A stretch of DNA of 64,000 bases from an uncultured beta proteobacterium (lineage in GTDB: Bacteria; Pseudomonadota; Gammaproteobacteria; Burkholderiales; Gallionellaceae), in assembly GCA_963842555.1 (NCBI GenBank), contig CAWJHB010000004.1, positions 21,146 to 85,145 on the forward strand, read 5' to 3'. Shown in pieces: positions 59,882 through 64,000 of this stretch. The first letter of the stretch is position 1. Each line of letters starts with the position of its first letter. The position numbers were made by a program, and so were the translations under genes. The notes beneath the pieces were generated by a model. That model did no database searches. It was not told where the DNA came from and saw only the letters and a list, made by a program, of their open reading frames with translations.

Positions 59882-60391
59882 ATGAAAAAAATTGCAGTTG
59901 TTTTAGTTTCCCTTCTTTTTGCCGCCTGCGCCAGCACTCCCAAGCCATCTTCACAAGCAAACGAGAATAGCACTGCTGCGGCACCAACCGTTGCAACTAG
60001 CACAGTTTCTTCCGGCGAATTGGAATCGAAACAATTGGCCGCTGAAGTACAAAATCTTCAACAACAGAGCGTCTACTTTGACCTGGATAAATCCCTCATT
60101 AAATCAGAGTATCAAGATGTCCTTGTGCAGCAAGCAGATTTCATCAAAGCCAATAAAAATGACACGGTCACCATCCAGGGTAATTGCGACGAACGTGGCA
60201 GTCCGGAATATAACTTGGCATTGGGACAAAGGCGTGCCGTTGCTGCACAGAAGAGCTTGGAATTGTTAGGCGTTCCAGCTTCACAAATCAGGACGGTAAG
60301 CTTTGGCCTGGAAAAGCCACGCCTCACCTGCCACGAAGAGAAATGCTGGAAAGAGAATCGCAGAGACGATTTCGTTCATACACTCGATTAA
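59882..60391 (+). CDS. Peptidoglycan-associated (Pal/OmpA-like) lipoprotein
   Basis: Lipobox LLFAAC. OmpA-like motif GNCDERGSPEYNLALGQRRA...NRR. Confidence 0.8.
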   Translation: MKKIAVVLVSLLFAACASTPKPSSQANENSTAAAPTVATSTVSSGELESKQLAAEVQNLQQQSVYFDLDKSLIKSEYQDVLVQQADFIKANKNDTVTIQGNCDERGSPEYNLALGQRRAVAAQKSLELLGVPASQIRTVSFGLEKPRLTCHEEKCWKENRRDDFVHTLD

Positions 60392-60547
60392 TGGCAGCAC
60401 CATGAAGTAGGTTAGAAGGGGTTGGGCCAAGGCTCAACCCTTTTTATTTCACGAATCGATTTCTAGTCATCCGAGCCAGCTAAATAGCGTGCCGAATACT
60501 GCGTATGCCTGGTAACAGCAAGCTAATTCTATTGAAGAGGTTTTGCC

Positions 60548-61339
60548 ATGAAATCTTCCTACTCGGTTATGGTTGTATCGATCATTCTGGTCGGCAGTGT
60601 TGCAGCATACTTCTACTGGCAGGATAACCAGCCCAAACCTGCGCCGTTAGCTGTTCATGCCCCACTTCTACCTCCCTTGTCCCCAACCCAACCTGAAGTG
60701 CACCAGGTGATCGAAGCTCCTCCAACGTCGCCCACTCTACCTGAGCTGTCCGACAGTGATAATTTCATGCTCAAGGCATTGACGGGATTGGTCGGCGACA
60801 AATCATTGATGAAGTTCTTCCATGCTGAAAGGATCATCCGGAACATCGTCGCAACCGTTGACAACCTGACTAGAAGTCAAGCTCCGATGAGCGTGATGCC
60901 GGTCAAACAGGCACCAGGTAGCTTTGCGACCGCTAGCATTGATAGTGGGTTGATCATCAGTCCGAACAATTCAGCTCGATATACGCCATACGTGAAAATC
61001 GCAGAAAGAATCAATGCCAAACAATTGGTGGGACTATATATCCGGCTCTACCCCTTGTTTCAACAGGTGTACGAAGAACTCGGGTATCCGAACAAATATT
61101 TCAATGACCGTTTGATTCAGACGATTGACAATCTGCTTGATGCACCGGTCGTCAAAGGGCCAATTAGGCTTGTTCAACCAAACGTGGTTTACAAGTTTGC
61201 AGATCCTGATCTTGAAAGGCGTTCCATCGGCCAAAGAATCCTTATCCGGACTGGAACCAGGAATGAAGCGATAATCAAATCCAAGCTGCATGAGATCAAA
61301 CAGGAATTGATTCTCCACATGCATGCGAGCAAAATATAG
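60548..61339 (+). CDS. DUF3014-like membrane-anchored protein
   Basis: N-terminal TM. Conserved LPELSDSDNFM and YIRLYPLFQQVYEELGYP pattern as I recall for DUF3014. Confidence 0.65.
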   Translation: MKSSYSVMVVSIILVGSVAAYFYWQDNQPKPAPLAVHAPLLPPLSPTQPEVHQVIEAPPTSPTLPELSDSDNFMLKALTGLVGDKSLMKFFHAERIIRNIVATVDNLTRSQAPMSVMPVKQAPGSFATASIDSGLIISPNNSARYTPYVKIAERINAKQLVGLYIRLYPLFQQVYEELGYPNKYFNDRLIQTIDNLLDAPVVKGPIRLVQPNVVYKFADPDLERRSIGQRILIRTGTRNEAIIKSKLHEIKQELILHMHASKI

Positions 61340-61423
61340 TTGCTGGGTAAACATCGCTAGATCATTAGCAATGAGAGTACATGCTAAGTGTATCCTCCTA
61401 TGTAGAGATCAGAGGTCTCCTTG

Positions 61424-63061
61424 TGGCCCAGATTGTGTAAAAACGTAGCGAAAGTGTACACGTAATTTCCGGTGATGCGTTGATGGAAACATCGAGGATT
61501 TGTTGGGAGCGCAGGCATGAAGCGATTCATACAAGGCGAGGATAGAACCCAGGCAACGATGTTTCCGGAACTGCTCGATGACTACGTGGCAGAGACCAAC
61601 CCGGTCCGGGTCGTTGATGTCTTTGTGGATGAACTGGACCTGGGCCAGTTGGGATTCGAAGGCGTCGATCCTGCCGGGACCGGCAGACCCGCTTACCACC
61701 CCGCAGTACTTCTGAAGATCTACATCTACGGTTACCTCAATCGCATCCAGTCCAGCCGCCGACTGGAGCGGGAAGCACAGCGCAATGTCGAACTGATGTG
61801 GCTGACCGGTCGATTGATGCCTGACTTCAAGACCATCGCCAACTTCCGCAAGGACAATGGCAAAGCCATTCGCAGCGTCTGCCGGCAGTTCGTGGTGCTG
61901 TGCCAGCAGTTGGGGTTGTTCACGGAGGCGCTGGTTGCCATCGACGGCAGCAAGTTCAAGGCGGTCAACAACCGCGACCGTAACTTCACCAATGCCAAGC
62001 TGAAGCGCCGCATGGAAGAGATCGAGTCCAGCATCAGCCGCTATCTGGTTGCACTCGATACGGCGGACAGACAAGAACCTTCAATCGCAGAAGACAGGAC
62101 CGAATGCCTGCAGGACAAGATCGAGGCACTGAAGAACCAGATGCGTGAACTCAAGGAAGTCGAAGTAAAGCTCAATGAAACACCGGACAAGCAGATCTCG
62201 CTGACCGACCCGGATGCCCGTTCAATGAAGACACGCGGCAACGGGATCGTGGGTTACAACGTTCAAATCGCGGTGGATGCCAAACACCACCTGATCGTGG
62301 CCCATGAAGTGACTACCGAGGGCAGTGATCATGATCAACTGACTTCGATGTCAATCAAGGCACGGGAGGCGATGGGCGTAGAAGACCTGACCGCTGTTGC
62401 AGACCGGGGGTTCTTCAAGAGCGAGCAGATCCAGGCATGTGACGAAGCCGGGATCGACGTGTATGTGGCGAGGCCGGACAAATCGAGTGGACAAGTGGAG
62501 GGACGCTTCACCAAGGCGGATTTCATCTACGATGCGGAGCGTGACGAATATCGTTGTCCTGCCGGGCAGGCCCTGATCTGGCGGTTTGAAACCATGGAGA
62601 ATGGTTTGAAGCTGCATTGTTACTGGAGCTCGAACTGCAGGAACTGTGCGATCAAGTCGCAGTGCACGGGCAGCACGAATCGACGTATCAAACGTTGGGA
62701 GAATGAAGCACTGCTCGAAGAGATGCAGGAACGATTGGATCAAGCCCCGGATATCATGCGCATTCGTCGAGAGACGGTTGAGCATCCATTCGGGACGATC
62801 AAGTTCTGGATGGGAGCCGCCCATTTCCTAACCACCACGCTGGAACATGTGAGTACCGAGATGAGTCTGCACGTTCTGGCGTATAACATGAAGCGAATGA
62901 TGCAGATAATGGGAACTGTAGGATTAATGGAGGCCATGAGGGCCTAAGGGCTTTTTGCTTCTCATGTAATTTGTGCCGACGTAATTCAAAATCAGATCCG
63001 CATGACTTTGTGAGTGAAACTAGTGGCTCAATGATTCTGAGTTTTTACACGGTCTGGGCCA
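61424..63061 (+). mobile_element. IS1182-family insertion sequence (1638 bp)
   Basis: Inverted repeats TGGCCCAGATTGTGTAAAAAC (61424-) and GTTTTTACACGGTCTGGGCCA (-63061). Confidence 0.7.
61517..62947 (+). CDS. IS1182-family DDE transposase
   Basis: MKRFIQGEDRTQATMFPELLDDYV...NPVRVVDVFVDELDL N-terminal signature. Confidence 0.85.
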   Translation: MKRFIQGEDRTQATMFPELLDDYVAETNPVRVVDVFVDELDLGQLGFEGVDPAGTGRPAYHPAVLLKIYIYGYLNRIQSSRRLEREAQRNVELMWLTGRLMPDFKTIANFRKDNGKAIRSVCRQFVVLCQQLGLFTEALVAIDGSKFKAVNNRDRNFTNAKLKRRMEEIESSISRYLVALDTADRQEPSIAEDRTECLQDKIEALKNQMRELKEVEVKLNETPDKQISLTDPDARSMKTRGNGIVGYNVQIAVDAKHHLIVAHEVTTEGSDHDQLTSMSIKAREAMGVEDLTAVADRGFFKSEQIQACDEAGIDVYVARPDKSSGQVEGRFTKADFIYDAERDEYRCPAGQALIWRFETMENGLKLHCYWSSNCRNCAIKSQCTGSTNRRIKRWENEALLEEMQERLDQAPDIMRIRRETVEHPFGTIKFWMGAAHFLTTTLEHVSTEMSLHVLAYNMKRMMQIMGTVGLMEAMRA

Positions 63062-63195
63062 GTTGCGGACGGTTGTGTTAGCGTATACAAACAGACTCAG
63101 GTCGGCCACTTTGAGTCATTCAGTGTCTTCCCTAATTATAGGTAATTTGGTATCTGTCAAACCAAGCGCAAATTATGGCGAGGGGATGATAAAGA

Positions 63196-63780
63196 CTAAT
63201 CTTTGTCGATTATCCGAGAATAAGGCAAATCGTAGGTATCTAGTGGATTGCCCAACTCGAGCACCTCTCGCCATTGAGCAATTTCGGACTCAGCACCGCG
63301 CAGCATTAACACATATTTACCCTCCTCGATGGCTTTGTGCAGCGATTGGATTGTGGCTTCCGGAATCCCCGCACGGTGAAAAGCAATGGCTAATTGCGAC
63401 AATGCTGCAGCCCCGGCCATCGCACCGGCTCCTACCACCGCACCTCCAGCGAGAGCTTCCACAATGTAGCCGGCGGCCGCTACTGGGCCAACGCCTGGAA
63501 TTATGAATAATCCGGCAGCGCCTGCAAGCATCCCCCACAATCCGCCCCAGAAAACGCCCTGTTTTCCCCAAGCCTTCATACGTTCACCGATATTCAGGCT
63601 ATAAATCCCCAAAGTATCGTCCCCCGATGCGTGTATCAGTCCCAAGACGGAAATGAGATCCATCTGATAATTCATGTCGATCAAACGTTTTACAACGCCC
63701 TTTGCCTTGTCCTCATCTGGATATACCGCGACGAGAACCCGGTTTTTCTCACGCAAAGACGGTCTTTCTGTTGTACTCAT
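63196..63780 (-). CDS. Glycine-zipper membrane protein with YflT/GSP17M-like stress-protein modules
   Basis: GAGGAGAAAAGG RBS plus ATG at 63780. Gly/Ala-rich TM pair. Family call is tentative. Confidence 0.5.
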   Translation of the reverse strand: MSTTERPSLREKNRVLVAVYPDEDKAKGVVKRLIDMNYQMDLISVLGLIHASGDDTLGIYSLNIGERMKAWGKQGVFWGGLWGMLAGAAGLFIIPGVGPVAAAGYIVEALAGGAVVGAGAMAGAAALSQLAIAFHRAGIPEATIQSLHKAIEEGKYVLMLRGAESEIAQWREVLELGNPLDTYDLPYSRIIDKD

Positions 63781-64000
63781 ACCTTTTCTCCTCATTCTTG
63801 CCAATCGGGTGAACATTTCATTTATAGAACACATGGCTTTCTACTTCTAGCATATTCTGTTGAAAAACTCTAATTTTTTAGAAACGCTAAACGTATAATG
63901 GCCTGTATGTTGGGCGCTATCATGTTCGGTATTCCTTGGTCTCTTATAGTAAGTTTCGTAATTGAAAGGTAATTGAATCTAGCACGAGGTTCCGCTATTG

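Overview
This 64-kb chromosomal window is probably from a betaproteobacterium. That call is inference only, based on dapA-bamC, suhB | trmJ-cysE-iscR and mutS synteny. No rRNA, tRNA or CRISPR array was found.

The left ~43 kb is core-like:
- dapA, bamC, bcp-slyD and an ovoA-ovoB ovothiol operon
- an orphan pilU-like ATPase, mutS, suhB, trmJ, cysE, iscR and dsbB
- a signalling block: PAS-GGDEF-EAL, a hybrid histidine kinase and a Ser/Thr kinase fused to a cNMP-binding domain
- livFGMHK and tartrate dehydrogenase

The right ~20 kb is a lower-GC accessory mosaic:
- two IS1182-type elements, one IS3 element and an IS110 remnant
- a visibly GC-rich K+ channel gene and a phospholipase C/acid phosphatase-type gene
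- a Ser/Thr kinase fused to a degenerate GGDEF domain, a LuxR solo and small membrane proteins

Items most worth a second look:
- an orphan NorD-like VWA gene plus an unusual Cys-rich polyferredoxin, sitting where the 3' half of gdhA is missing
- a G/C-tract palindromic insert kept in frame inside mutS
- a pair of small tail-anchored proteins behind a near-consensus promoter with palindromic boxes
- two unusual Ser/Thr kinase fusions
- a 15-nt x4 coding minisatellite in ovoB
- several reading-frame disruptions that could be real gene decay or assembly error

All family assignments come from motif recognition by eye. No database search was run.
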